Positions 29,961 through 40,327 of a DNA stretch of 64,000 nt are shown here, piece after piece. This stretch comes from an uncultured Gammaproteobacteria bacterium (GTDB lineage: Bacteria; Patescibacteriota; Microgenomatia; CAZETR01; Amesbacteraceae). The DNA lies in the NCBI GenBank assembly GCA_964518565.1, contig CAZFGX010000001.1, positions 734,568 through 798,567 of the forward strand. The letters are read 5' to 3'. A program made the position numbers and the translations under genes. A model generated the notes under the pieces. The model ran no database searches and was not told where the DNA came from. It worked only from the letters and a program-made list of their open reading frames with translations. Position 1 is the first letter of the stretch, and the number at the start of each line of letters is the position of its first letter.

Positions 29961-31061
29961 TCAGTGCTTCCCAAGAAACTGCAGAGGACTTTGATGCTTC
30001 CCAGTCAGACGAATTTCAAAGTGTAAATGAGGTCCTGTAGACCGTCCAGTGGAACCTTCTAGACCTACTCTATCGCCTCGTTTCACAGTCTGACCTACCA
30101 CCACATCAATTCGTGACAAATGTGCGTACCAGGTCTGGTAACCATTACCATGATCAATCACCACCCGATTTCCATATCCAGAATTATCTGGCCAGCCAGC
30201 CACAGCCACACGTCCAGCATCAGCTGCAAGCACTGGAGTACCAATACCAGTCGCAATATCTATTCCCCGGTGATACCAAGAAAATCCTTGGGTAATCACC
30301 CCTGACATTGGCCACGCAAATGAACCAGAACCAGACACCGAACCAGCGTTTGGTGTCAACTGGGCCAAATTTCGCGTAGGTGACCACTTCACCTCATCTG
30401 GCTTTTCCCCCTCTGGGACGATCAAATCCTGACCGACGGCCAAAGCAAAAGTTTCATTATCCGCAAAAGTGTTAAAAGGAAAATCGACAATTGCCTGAGA
30501 ATTGGCCCCATATTTTTTAGCAATCGTATAAATTGTCTCTCCACGACCCACGACATGACGAATACCGGTTACCGGCAAAATTTTCAATACTTGACCAGGT
30601 TTGATCGCATGAATACTCGATAAATTATTTTCCCACCGGATAGTATCGACCGAAATATCAAACTTATCTGCAATAGTCGACAGGGTATCTCCATCTTGAA
30701 TCTTATATTCCAAAACCTTGTCTCGCACCTTGTCCGACACCACAGTTCTGGTCGTATCATCACTAACTTCCATTACCGACTCTCCCAACACGCCTCCTGG
30801 TACGACTGCCGCATCTGCACCTGGAAAGGAACTCGCCAACACTGGCGCCAATGTCACAGACAAGGCTACAATTCCACCCATAGCAGTATGCACAAAAGGC
30901 CGAGAAAACCTTCCCCGTTGTCGATATAACCCTCGAGCCAAAAACTTTTTTACCCCTTCAAAACCAGAAAACAATCGATAGCTATGTGCAAAAAGTAGCC
31001 TCCACCAAGCTTGGAAAAACAGTCGAAAATCAGCTCTCAACCCACGGAAAAACCGTTTCAT
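29961..31061 (-). CDS. LysM + M23 peptidoglycan endopeptidase
   Basis: Two LysM domains (GDTLSTIA, GETIYTIA), HRGID, YAHL, STGPHLHFE. Confidence 0.93.
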   Translation of the reverse strand: MKRFFRGLRADFRLFFQAWWRLLFAHSYRLFSGFEGVKKFLARGLYRQRGRFSRPFVHTAMGGIVALSVTLAPVLASSFPGADAAVVPGGVLGESVMEVSDDTTRTVVSDKVRDKVLEYKIQDGDTLSTIADKFDISVDTIRWENNLSSIHAIKPGQVLKILPVTGIRHVVGRGETIYTIAKKYGANSQAIVDFPFNTFADNETFALAVGQDLIVPEGEKPDEVKWSPTRNLAQLTPNAGSVSGSGSFAWPMSGVITQGFSWYHRGIDIATGIGTPVLAADAGRVAVAGWPDNSGYGNRVVIDHGNGYQTWYAHLSRIDVVVGQTVKRGDRVGLEGSTGRSTGPHLHFEIRLTGKHQSPLQFLGKH

Positions 31062-31088
31062 GAACCCAACCATAACATACAAAAACAA

Positions 31089-32252
31089 TCAGCGCAAAAT
31101 CGCCTGCTCAAAGGCTCTTTTATCCGATCGCTCTATCTCACGCTCCCCGATACGTTGTGTTTGTTCATGTCCCATACCAGTCGCCACCACAATATCGCCC
31201 TTTTTAGCCAGTTTCACCGCTCGCAAAATCGCCACATCCCTATCATCTTCTCGTTCAATACGTGCCATGTCTACCCCTCGCGTCATGTCGGCAAAAATCT
31301 TATCCAACGGTTCATCGTATGCATCATCGCTAGTAATTATTACTTTGTCGGCCAATTTAACAGCTATCGATGTCATAACTGGTCGTTTTGCAAAATCCCG
31401 CCTACCTGTACAACCAAACACTAAAATAATCTTGCCTTTCTTTACCTCCATTCTCAAACTACCTAGCAGTTGTTCCAACGCCTGAGGCGTATGAGCAAAA
31501 TCCACAATCGTTCGTATACCTAAAGAGTTTTTTATTTCCTCTCGCCTACCTGGCACCCCCACAAATGTCTTCACAACACGCGAGATCACTTCAGAATCTA
31601 CCCCCAACAACTCCGCCACTTTGGCAGCTGCCGAAATATTGTACCGATTGTAATCTCCTCCTAATGTCTGACTTATCGCTGTTCCCACAAACGGTCCATA
31701 CTCCACAATCTTTGCCTGCAAAATTCTTGTTCGAAACCAATCAAACCACGCATCGTCTTTATTCAAAACTGCAAAACGTACACCAGCAAACAAACGTAAT
31801 TTCGCCGAAGCATATCGCTCCATTGTCTTGTGGTAATCCAAATGTTCGTGTGCCAAATTGGTCCACACACCAATCAAAAAATTACACCCCCATACCCGAT
31901 ATTGATCCAATGCATGAGATGTAGTTTCTACCACGACCACCTCTACGCCTTGATTCAACATAGTAGCCAACACTCGTTGCAAAATAGCTGCCCCTGGAGT
32001 CGTCGCATGTAATACATTTGGCAAAATGACCTCTTTACCCTTGTGCCAAAATTTAGTCTCCACAGTAGTGATCATCCCCACAGACTGCCCTGCCGCTTTT
32101 AACATTTCATAGATCAAAAACGAGGTAGTAGTTTTACCATCAGTACCTGTCACACCAATCGTTTTCAGTTTTTGAGCTGGAAATCTGTAGTACACAACCC
32201 AAAAAACTGCTTCAAAAAAATGCCAAATATTTTTTAATTGTTGCATATTCAT
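31089..32252 (-). CDS. murE: Mur ligase, MurE-like (N-terminal domain absent)
   Basis: GVTGTDGKTTT, ETTSHAL, TNLAHEHLDYH, DFAHTP.AL, VFGC.G.RD..KR. Confidence 0.88.
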   Translation of the reverse strand: MNMQQLKNIWHFFEAVFWVVYYRFPAQKLKTIGVTGTDGKTTTSFLIYEMLKAAGQSVGMITTVETKFWHKGKEVILPNVLHATTPGAAILQRVLATMLNQGVEVVVVETTSHALDQYRVWGCNFLIGVWTNLAHEHLDYHKTMERYASAKLRLFAGVRFAVLNKDDAWFDWFRTRILQAKIVEYGPFVGTAISQTLGGDYNRYNISAAAKVAELLGVDSEVISRVVKTFVGVPGRREEIKNSLGIRTIVDFAHTPQALEQLLGSLRMEVKKGKIILVFGCTGRRDFAKRPVMTSIAVKLADKVIITSDDAYDEPLDKIFADMTRGVDMARIEREDDRDVAILRAVKLAKKGDIVVATGMGHEQTQRIGEREIERSDKRAFEQAILR

Positions 32253-32253
32253 A

Positions 32254-32679
32254 TTAATTATACCCATTATTACCTCCCTGAACGTCCCTCCTTTGTAAGG
32301 AGGGACTAAACGCAATAATTTGTAGTTTTATTTCTTGAACACAATTCTGAAGGTGTATAAAAATCTGTGAGTTGGCAAACCGAAGTATCGTAATACCATA
32401 TTCATTCAATGTCCTCGTTCTATAGACATCAAAATCTTTTTGTGATAAATGAATATCGCCATCTACTTCCAAACCCAATTTAATTTCAGGACAATAAAAA
32501 TCCATAATATAAGTTCCAAAACTATATTGACGGCGAAACTTCACTCCCAATTTTTTTCTACGAATCTCCTCCCACAAAACCTGTTCTGCAGCTGTCGCAT
32601 TGTTACGCAGCTTTCGTCGAGTCTCGGTAAGAAACTGCTTATTTTTTAAATATGTCACAACAATAAATATATCTACCAT
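32254..32679 (-). CDS. DUF559 (Vsr-like PD-(D/E)xK) endonuclease
   Basis: RRKLRNNATAAEQVLW, KFRRQ, DFYC, EVDGDIH, ILRF.N. Confidence 0.9.
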   Translation of the reverse strand: MVDIFIVVTYLKNKQFLTETRRKLRNNATAAEQVLWEEIRRKKLGVKFRRQYSFGTYIMDFYCPEIKLGLEVDGDIHLSQKDFDVYRTRTLNEYGITILRFANSQIFIHLQNCVQEIKLQIIAFSPSLQRRDVQGGNNGYN

Positions 32680-32716
32680 ACGTCCCTCCTTACAAAGGAG
32701 GGACAAATAGGGAGGT
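32272..32716. mobile_element. Putative DUF559 cassette bounded by 35-bp palindromic inverted repeats
   Basis: ACCTCCCT-N4-GTCCCTCCTTTGTAAGGAGGGAC at 32272-32306, and its inverse GTCCCTCCTTACAAAGGAGGGAC-N4-AGGGAGGT at 32682-32716. Confidence 0.7.
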
Positions 32717-33751
32717 TTACAAAAACGCCAACCACATACCAAATACAGCCACAATTACTCCCGCCAGCCATGCTCTAGCTACAATTTTCGGCTCTTCCCA
32801 ACCAACGAGTTGCAACCAATGATGAATAGGCGCAATTGGGAAAATACGTTTCTTCATAAATTTTTTCGAAAACAACTGCAACAAACTACTTCCACCTTCC
32901 AACAAAAAAATACTTCCCACCAACAACAAAGCTACAATCTTTCCCGACAACAAGCCCACAACTGCCAATGTAGCTCCAAAAGCCAACCCTCCCATATTTC
33001 CTAACATAATTCTCGCCGGATATACATTGAAATACAAAAACGCCAGCAATGTCCCCATCCAAATCGAAATAAATACCACCAAAACACTATCTAGATTAGC
33101 CACTGATACTATCCAAAACGCCAACAAACAAATAAACAACAGTCCACACGATAATCCATCCAATCCGTCAGTAATATCAAATCCATTGGCAAACGCCACA
33201 ATTAAAAATGCCGCCAGGAAAAAATACCCCACTCCCAAATGCACCATTCCTAAAAACGGAATATGGATAAATGAGATTTGTAATACCCAAGTCAAAATAG
33301 CAGCCACGATAATCGCAATTATCCATTGCACGATTAATTTATGCCGCATTCTCAATCCAAAAAATCCCGTCTTGGCAAAACCCACAATTTTAATTACATC
33401 ATCATAAAATCCTAAAGCCGCATACCCGCCAAAAGTCAACAAAATTACCAACACCTCATGTTCAAATTTATAACCAGGCAAAAAGCTAGGATTCGTATGA
33501 GCAAACAAAAATACAACCAAGGACATGACAATCACCACCAACGCCAACAAAATACCTCCACCAGTAGGCACACCAGCTTTGACCGCGTGCATTTTTCGAA
33601 TATCATAAAACGCCTTTGTTGCGCTTGCCCGTTTTTCTTCCACTTCAGTTTTACGAGTGAATTTCAGCTTATATAGCAAGCCAATAAACGGAATCATCAG
33701 AGCCGAAGTAGTACCAAATGCCAACAGCAAGAGCCCTAAATAGAACCGCAT
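32717..33751 (-). CDS. mraY: Phospho-N-acetylmuramoyl-pentapeptide transferase
   Basis: KAGVPTGGG, GFYDD, TDGLDGL, APIHH. Confidence 0.95.
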   Translation of the reverse strand: MRFYLGLLLLAFGTTSALMIPFIGLLYKLKFTRKTEVEEKRASATKAFYDIRKMHAVKAGVPTGGGILLALVVIVMSLVVFLFAHTNPSFLPGYKFEHEVLVILLTFGGYAALGFYDDVIKIVGFAKTGFFGLRMRHKLIVQWIIAIIVAAILTWVLQISFIHIPFLGMVHLGVGYFFLAAFLIVAFANGFDITDGLDGLSCGLLFICLLAFWIVSVANLDSVLVVFISIWMGTLLAFLYFNVYPARIMLGNMGGLAFGATLAVVGLLSGKIVALLLVGSIFLLEGGSSLLQLFSKKFMKKRIFPIAPIHHWLQLVGWEEPKIVARAWLAGVIVAVFGMWLAFL

Positions 33752-33771
33752 AGGAGTATTATACTTAAGTC

Positions 33772-35055
33772 ATGTTACGTGTGCACTTTTTAGGTATTGG
33801 TGGCTCAGGTATGTCTGCGGTCGCTCAGATTGCCCATGCGTATGGCTATCAGGTATCAGGATGTGACAAAAACCCCGATACACCATACATCGCCAAAGTC
33901 AAAGCCGCAGGAATAAAAATCTATCCTTCTCACGACCCAAGCCATATCGAAAATATTGACCTGTTAGCTATTACCCCAGCTGCCCTATTTCAGACCAATC
34001 CAGACCCAGAGCTGGCCGCAGGCCAAAAAAAAGGCATTGTCATGAAATGGCAACAATTTTTAGGTGAACACCTCCATCAAGGCAAAAAATTGATTTGCAT
34101 TGCCGGTACTCACGGTAAATCTACTACCACTGCTCTTGCAGGCCAATTACTCATCGATGCCAAACTAGATCCCACCGTCGAAGTCGGTGCTACAGTCAAA
34201 ATCTGGGAAAACAATGTTCGCATAGGGCAAGGCGATTGGTTTATCTCTGAAGCTGACGAATATCATGACAATTTTGCCTCGTATCACCCCGACATTCTCA
34301 TTCTCAACAATATCGAAATGGATCATCCCGAATATTTTAAAACTCAAGACAATCTTCTCGCTCACTTCCAACGTTTAATTGATCGCAGTAAACAAATAAT
34401 TTTCAATACCGACTCACCACTTATTCACCAGCTCAAATTACCTGCTTCAGCCATTGCCTACAGTTCATCTGAATTCCCTACAGACATAGCGTTATCAATT
34501 CCTGGAACACACAACAAAGCCAACGCCATGGGCATTATCAAGCTCGCCTCTCTATTAAGCATTCCTTCACCAACCATAAAACAAACTCTCCAAAATTTCA
34601 ACGGCCTTCATCGCAGAATTGAACTTATAGGGGAGTCGCCGCAAGGTATTCGCGTCTATGACGATTATGCCAATCATCCAACAGCTTTTTCCGCCACTCT
34701 GTCCGGGGTCAAAGAATTAAATCCTCATAGCAAAATTTTTGCCATCATCGAACCTCACACCTTTAGCCGTCTTCGAGCTGTCTTAGCCGACCTTCCTGCT
34801 TCAATAACTCAAGCAGATGAAATTATTGTCTCAAAAATTTATGCTTCTCGAGAAACCGACCCGGGCGATTTTAGTGGCCAAGATATCGTCACCGCCATGC
34901 ATCATCCTCACGCCCAATATATTCCCGAATTTACAAATATAGTTTCTTATATAACTTCTCATGCCAAGTCTAACGACACCATACTCGTGATGGGCTCTGG
35001 CAACTCTTACAAGCTCGCCCAAGATATTCTCGCCTCACTTGCTCATCCACGCTAA
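33772..35055 (+). CDS. murC: UDP-N-acetylmuramate--L-alanine ligase
   Basis: HFLGIGGSGMSAVA, AGTHGKSTTT, EADE, DDYANHP, EPHTFSR. Confidence 0.93.
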   Translation: MLRVHFLGIGGSGMSAVAQIAHAYGYQVSGCDKNPDTPYIAKVKAAGIKIYPSHDPSHIENIDLLAITPAALFQTNPDPELAAGQKKGIVMKWQQFLGEHLHQGKKLICIAGTHGKSTTTALAGQLLIDAKLDPTVEVGATVKIWENNVRIGQGDWFISEADEYHDNFASYHPDILILNNIEMDHPEYFKTQDNLLAHFQRLIDRSKQIIFNTDSPLIHQLKLPASAIAYSSSEFPTDIALSIPGTHNKANAMGIIKLASLLSIPSPTIKQTLQNFNGLHRRIELIGESPQGIRVYDDYANHPTAFSATLSGVKELNPHSKIFAIIEPHTFSRLRAVLADLPASITQADEIIVSKIYASRETDPGDFSGQDIVTAMHHPHAQYIPEFTNIVSYITSHAKSNDTILVMGSGNSYKLAQDILASLAHPR

Positions 35056-35064
35056 AATAGATAC

Positions 35065-35874
35065 GTGCAAACACTCACCGCACCCCATCAAAATTTTGAA
35101 ATCACCAAACATATCGACGAATCAGGATTTGAATACTGGACAGCACGAGAATTGATGGAATTATTGGGCTATTCTAAATGGTCCAACTTCAAAAAAATTA
35201 TCGAAAAAGCAATCATATCCTGTAGCAAGTCTGGTCAAAAAATTTCTGATCATTTTCCCGAAACCAGCAAAAAGATAATAATCGCAACAGGTACGTCTAA
35301 ACAAACAAGTCGGGATATCCAGGACTACAAATTGTCCCGTTATGCCTGTTATCTTATAGCCCAAAACGGTGATCCAAACAAAGCCCCAATCGCCGTGGCT
35401 CAGACATATTTTGCCCTTCAAACTCGCCGCCAAGAACTCTTCCAAAGTTTAAACGAAGACGAACGCCGACTATTCATTAGAAATGAAGTCAAAAAACAAA
35501 ATAAAAAACTCTTTAGCACTGCCAAAAAAGCCGGTGTCAAAGACTTTGCCGCCTTCAATAATTTTGGCTATCTTGGTCTCTACAACCAACCCTTAGAAAA
35601 AATTAAATCTTCCAAAAACATAGGTGAAGATGACATTCTGGATCGCGCCGGGTCTACAGAACTAGCAGCCAATCTATTTCGTATCACCCAAGCTGAAGAA
35701 AAAATCAAAAACGAGCATCTACACGGACAAGGAAAGGCCAATATTGCCCATTTTGTTGTCGGTAAACAAGTGCGTAAATCTATTGAAGAAATTGGCGGCA
35801 CCATGCCAGAAAATCTGCCTCCTCAGCCCCATATCGCCAAACTCAAACCCAAATCCCAAAAACTTCTCAAATGA
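35065..35874 (+). CDS. dinD: DNA damage-inducible protein D
   Basis: YWTARELM..LGY..W, LSRYACYLIAQNGDP.K..IA.AQTYFA.QTRRQE, ELAANLFRITQ, GGTMPE.LP. Confidence 0.92.
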   Translation: MQTLTAPHQNFEITKHIDESGFEYWTARELMELLGYSKWSNFKKIIEKAIISCSKSGQKISDHFPETSKKIIIATGTSKQTSRDIQDYKLSRYACYLIAQNGDPNKAPIAVAQTYFALQTRRQELFQSLNEDERRLFIRNEVKKQNKKLFSTAKKAGVKDFAAFNNFGYLGLYNQPLEKIKSSKNIGEDDILDRAGSTELAANLFRITQAEEKIKNEHLHGQGKANIAHFVVGKQVRKSIEEIGGTMPENLPPQPHIAKLKPKSQKLLK

Positions 35875-36383
35875 TACGACTCAAACGTATTTTTTATATA
35901 TGCATCAGCCCACTCAGAAAATTATATTGGTTTGTGTTCCGACCCCATACACGAGGTGCCAAAATGCTTATTGAATACAATGGCCAACTACTTCTAGTCA
36001 GAAACACTTACGGCAAAAAACTCTGGACCTTTCCTGGCGGGGGAGTAAACAAAAATGAATCCTTTTACGCTGCTGCCATTCGCGAAGCAAGAGAAGAAGT
36101 CGGTATACACATCAAAAAAGCTGATTATATCGGCACCTACACCAACACGCTGCAATACAAAATAGATACTGTGGAATGTTTTTACACCAAAGTGAGCTCA
36201 CCAGATTTCGCCATCGACCCCGGCGAAATTCTCGAAGCCCGTTGGGTCAAGCCAGATCAAATTCCCAAGCCGGCTACAGCTCGCATGACGCTCATTTTGC
36301 CCATGCGTGAAAACTATATCAAACTACATCACCAACCTAAGGATAATACGATATTTTTAAACTGCTCTCCCCGATCTTTATAA
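35871..36383 (+). CDS. NUDIX hydrolase
   Basis: Nudix box PGGGVNKNESFYAAAIREAREEVG. Confidence 0.9.
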   Translation: MIRLKRIFYICISPLRKLYWFVFRPHTRGAKMLIEYNGQLLLVRNTYGKKLWTFPGGGVNKNESFYAAAIREAREEVGIHIKKADYIGTYTNTLQYKIDTVECFYTKVSSPDFAIDPGEILEARWVKPDQIPKPATARMTLILPMRENYIKLHHQPKDNTIFLNCSPRSL

Positions 36384-37558
36384 TTTTTAAACATGTCAAA
36401 ACTGGCACATGCCGGCGACAAAATCACCACATCTCCAGACACTGCCACGTCCTTTGCTTGTTGCACAATTTCTGTCATTGTTTTGGCTCCTTCAATAATT
36501 TTTACCCCCTCACCTATCGATTGTTTTATTTTTTCCGCCATCAGTCCAATCAATATCACCGCTTTAATATTTTTTGTTTCAGTAATTACCCTACCCAATT
36601 CCACATAATCTGAACCTTTGTCACTTCCACCCAATATTACTATCTCTGGCTCAGAAAAAGCCTGTACAGCAGCAATTGCTGTCTCAGGCGTCGTAGAAAA
36701 TGAATCATTGTAATATGTCACCCCATCTACTACCCCCACTTCTTCCAACCGATGTTCCAACCCACGAAATTCTTTGGCCACTGCCAAAATAGTTTCTTCA
36801 TTCACTCCCACGGCTCTTGCTGCAGCTGCCGCCGCAGCCAAATTTTCTTTATTATGTGCACCTCTCAGTCTTGTCTTCCCTTTCCACAAATCTCTTTGCA
36901 CACCAACTTTCAACCCCGCTCCCATCTGGCCTATGATCACACTATTGGGATACAGTTCGTTAAATATCGACACATCTCCATTACCTTGATACTTCGTAAT
37001 ATTTGCCTTTGCCATCACATATTCGTCTGGATCCTTGTGCCAATCTTGATGTTCAGATGTTACCATCAATGTCACCGCAATCTGAGGCGAACGATGCAAG
37101 TCAATCAACTGAAAGCTCGACAACTCCAATACCACCCACGAGTCACCCGTCAATTTCGGTAAAAAATCAAATACCCCCTTACCAATATTTCCACCCAAAT
37201 ACACATCCTTTCCGCCTGACTTCAACATCTCATATATAAGCGTACTAGTCGTTCCCTTTCCCTTTGTTCCAGTCACACCAACAATCTTTGCCGGACACTC
37301 ATCAAAAAATATTTTTGTTTTTGACGTCACGGTCACTCCTGCTTTCTCTGCCGCAATCAATTCCGGCCGATATCGATAAATCCCCGGGCTACGAACCAAC
37401 ACGTCATAGGAATTTAGATTAGCGAATGCCTGCGGATTTTCTTTTTCATCCAAAATGGTTATCCATGCCCCTTGTTGTCTCAACCACGGTTCCACATCTT
37501 GGCTATCCACCCCCCACCCCAAAATCGCCACTTTTTTATTTGTAAAAGTTATTGCCAT
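36329..37558 (-). CDS. murD: UDP-N-acetylmuramoyl-L-alanine--D-glutamate ligase
   Basis: SPG, GGNIG, ELSSFQL, HRLE, NDS.STTP, GGSDKG, SPACASFD.F..Y..RG..F. Confidence 0.95.
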   Translation of the reverse strand: MAITFTNKKVAILGWGVDSQDVEPWLRQQGAWITILDEKENPQAFANLNSYDVLVRSPGIYRYRPELIAAEKAGVTVTSKTKIFFDECPAKIVGVTGTKGKGTTSTLIYEMLKSGGKDVYLGGNIGKGVFDFLPKLTGDSWVVLELSSFQLIDLHRSPQIAVTLMVTSEHQDWHKDPDEYVMAKANITKYQGNGDVSIFNELYPNSVIIGQMGAGLKVGVQRDLWKGKTRLRGAHNKENLAAAAAAARAVGVNEETILAVAKEFRGLEHRLEEVGVVDGVTYYNDSFSTTPETAIAAVQAFSEPEIVILGGSDKGSDYVELGRVITETKNIKAVILIGLMAEKIKQSIGEGVKIIEGAKTMTEIVQQAKDVAVSGDVVILSPACASFDMFKNYKDRGEQFKNIVLSLGW

Positions 37559-38277
37559 GCTTTTTGTATTGTAACCCGTCGCCCCAAAATTCGCTCCGCA
37601 ATATCAATATCCCGATTATTCGTGTCACTAAAATAATATTCATCTTCACCTTCGTCATTCAATGATAATTTATTCGCCACCTCTCTCCCACAATGAATTA
37701 GCTCAGCCTCAACAAATTTTTTAATTATTGGCTCAAGCACAGGATAATGAGTGCACCCCAGTATTAGTGTATCAATCCCCTGTTCATTCACGAATGCCAA
37801 ATAACGTTTTACCAACCTTTCTATCAACTCTCCCTCACATTCACCTTCTTCCACAAACGGCACAAACAATGGACAGGCCTGTTCTACAATATCTGGAATA
37901 AATTTCTTGTACGCATGACTAGCAATAGTTCCCCGAGTTCCAATCACACCAATTCGTCCGTTTTTAGTCACCTTTTTAGCCGCTTCAGTTGCTGGCTCAA
38001 TCATGCCCCAAACAGGCACCCTAGCTACAGCCCTCACCTCAGCCAGAGCCAATGCCGACACAGTATTACAAGCAACCACTATTTCGCTCACTCCTTTTGA
38101 CAACAAAAATTTTGTATCTTCAATCGCAAACTGAGTAACCACATCTTTACCCCTGGGCCCATATGGCACCCGAGCCGTATCCCCAAAATAAATGATTTTT
38201 TTAGTCGGAAATCGCTTTTTAATCTCTGCCACGACCGTCAATCCACCCACTCCAGAATCAAACACCCCCAAAGCCAT
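37549..38277 (-). CDS. murI: Glutamate racemase
   Basis: FDSGVGGLTV, PYG, ACNT, LGCTHYP. Confidence 0.96.
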   Translation of the reverse strand: MALGVFDSGVGGLTVVAEIKKRFPTKKIIYFGDTARVPYGPRGKDVVTQFAIEDTKFLLSKGVSEIVVACNTVSALALAEVRAVARVPVWGMIEPATEAAKKVTKNGRIGVIGTRGTIASHAYKKFIPDIVEQACPLFVPFVEEGECEGELIERLVKRYLAFVNEQGIDTLILGCTHYPVLEPIIKKFVEAELIHCGREVANKLSLNDEGEDEYYFSDTNNRDIDIAERILGRRVTIQKAWQ

Positions 38278-38278
38278 A

Positions 38279-38989
38279 TCACACCATCATAGCAACCGCA
38301 GCAATTCTTCCCTCTGGCTCTCCAGTTATTCGCTTGCTTCGATAGTGTGAAAAATAATTCAGATCCCGAATTGTATCCACTGGACTAATATCAATTTTTT
38401 TAATACCTAAATCTTTTGCCTGTTTAACTAAATAGCCAGCCAAATCTATCCCAATCTTTCCATTCCCCTGCATATCCAAAAACTCTCCCCAACCATCCAA
38501 ACTTCTTTGGCGCACCTCTTCTACAGGAAATACATACGATTCCTTTTTTACCCCCGGACCAATTCGCATTTCAATATCCTCTGCTCGACTTCCAAACGCC
38601 ACCAATTCACCCACTACTCCCAACAACAACCCACCCACAATTCCTTGATATCCCAAATGTACCAATGCCAGTTGATTCTTGTGTGAATCAAACAATACCA
38701 CTGGAAAACAATCTCCCACCACCATAAACAAAGGCACCTGTAGTTCTCGAGTGATTAACGCATCGACATCTTCAATCATCTGCCCTTTATTTCGAGCATC
38801 AACCACAGCAAAATTTACGCCCAAATTTAATGAACCTACGACCAAATCAGTCGGAAGGACACGAAAACGTTTCAACCACAGAGCTCTATTTGTCTCAGCC
38901 TCACCATCAGTTGCCTGCCATTTTACCGACATATTGCCATCAGATTTTGTAGAAAAACCATATAACAAACCAGCCATATCATCCGCCAT
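38279..38989 (-). CDS. pgeF: YfiH/PgeF-family protein (peptidoglycan editing factor / purine nucleoside enzyme)
   Basis: DALIT, GDCFPV, HLGYQG, IGPG, YFSHYR. Confidence 0.82.
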   Translation of the reverse strand: MADDMAGLLYGFSTKSDGNMSVKWQATDGEAETNRALWLKRFRVLPTDLVVGSLNLGVNFAVVDARNKGQMIEDVDALITRELQVPLFMVVGDCFPVVLFDSHKNQLALVHLGYQGIVGGLLLGVVGELVAFGSRAEDIEMRIGPGVKKESYVFPVEEVRQRSLDGWGEFLDMQGNGKIGIDLAGYLVKQAKDLGIKKIDISPVDTIRDLNYFSHYRSKRITGEPEGRIAAVAMMV

Positions 38990-39030
38990 TATGGCACAAA
39001 ACTATACGTAACCCGTATAATAATAGAAGC

Positions 39031-40326
39031 ATGAATCTAAAAATTCAGGGTGGGGTCAAGCTCAAGGGTGAAATCACCCCTTCAGGTCGCAAAAACTCTG
39101 CCGTTGCCTTGATTCCAGCCTCAATTCTCTTCGACAAACCAGTTACATTTTCCAATGTCCCAGATATCACAGATATCGATCGTCTGGTCAAGATTTTGAC
39201 CGACATGGGCAGCAAAATCACCTGGGACAAACCCGCGAAAACTATCACTCTAGATCATAGCCAACTCAAATATGATCCCTTAGACAAATCTGACCTCCAA
39301 GGCACCAGCTCCAAAGGTATCCGCGGCACCACACTTCTCTGGGGTCCATTACTAGCCAAATTCAAAAAAGCCGAAAGTGCCGAACAACCTGCCGGTTGCA
39401 CACTAGGTGCCAGACCGATCGATGCCCACTATATAGCTTTCCAAGATTTGGGCGTAGTCATTACTGAACAAAATCATCAAATAATTCTAGACGGCACAAA
39501 TGCCAAAGCTGCCAATATTTGGCTCCTAGAAGCCAGCCCCACAGCCACTGAAAATGCCATTTGTCTAGCTGTCTCACTACCTGGAACTACCACTATTACT
39601 CATGCTGCTACTGAACCCAATGTCCAACAGCTTTGTATTTGGCTCAACTCCTGTGGCGCCGATATTACCGGTATTGGCTCAAATGTACTGACTATCAATG
39701 GTGGCAAACCCCTGACCCCTGCTCCTTGTGAAATTATCCCCGATCTCGAAGAGATTGCCACTTTCCTAGCTCTCGCAGCTGCAACCGGAGGCGAAATAAA
39801 AATTCACCACGCCGCACCCCAGTACTTCACAGGCATCAATCGTGAATTTGCCAAATTTGGTATCGGAATTATCTACGAAGGTGACACGGCCATGATCGCC
39901 GCCAATCAAAAACCGGTGATTACCAAAACCAAATCTGCCATGGTCGTCCGCGCCCAGCCTTGGCCCGGCTTACCAGTCGACATGTTGCCGTTATTTATTC
40001 CCCTCGCCTTAGCTGCACCTTCAGGTCAGGCCTTGTTTCACAATTGGATGTACGAAGCTGGTTTATTTTGGACCAGTGAATTACTCAAGCTTGGAGCCAA
40101 TATCACTATGTGCGACCCACACAGAGTCATTGTCACCGGTGGCAATCAATTAACTGGCACAGAAATGGATGCTCCCTATATCATCCGCGCCACCATATCA
40201 CTGGTCATGTCCGCCATGATCGCTTCAGGTGAATCCATCATCAAAAATGCTGACGCTGTTTTAAGAGCTCATCCAAACTTCGTCGCCAATCTCAAATCCC
40301 TCGGCGCCCAAATCGAAGAAGTGTAG
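39031..40326 (+). CDS. murA: UDP-N-acetylglucosamine 1-carboxyvinyltransferase
   Basis: GRKNSA, GCTLGARPIDAH with the catalytic Cys, ATEN, PWPGLP.D. Confidence 0.93.
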   Translation: MNLKIQGGVKLKGEITPSGRKNSAVALIPASILFDKPVTFSNVPDITDIDRLVKILTDMGSKITWDKPAKTITLDHSQLKYDPLDKSDLQGTSSKGIRGTTLLWGPLLAKFKKAESAEQPAGCTLGARPIDAHYIAFQDLGVVITEQNHQIILDGTNAKAANIWLLEASPTATENAICLAVSLPGTTTITHAATEPNVQQLCIWLNSCGADITGIGSNVLTINGGKPLTPAPCEIIPDLEEIATFLALAAATGGEIKIHHAAPQYFTGINREFAKFGIGIIYEGDTAMIAANQKPVITKTKSAMVVRAQPWPGLPVDMLPLFIPLALAAPSGQALFHNWMYEAGLFWTSELLKLGANITMCDPHRVIVTGGNQLTGTEMDAPYIIRATISLVMSAMIASGESIIKNADAVLRAHPNFVANLKSLGAQIEEV

Positions 40327-40327
40327 T

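Noticed and set aside
35871-36383. NUDIX protein as the NrtR regulator of the PurA-like operon
   Set aside because: It is only 170 aa with no evident C-terminal winged-helix domain, and it is coupled to dinD.
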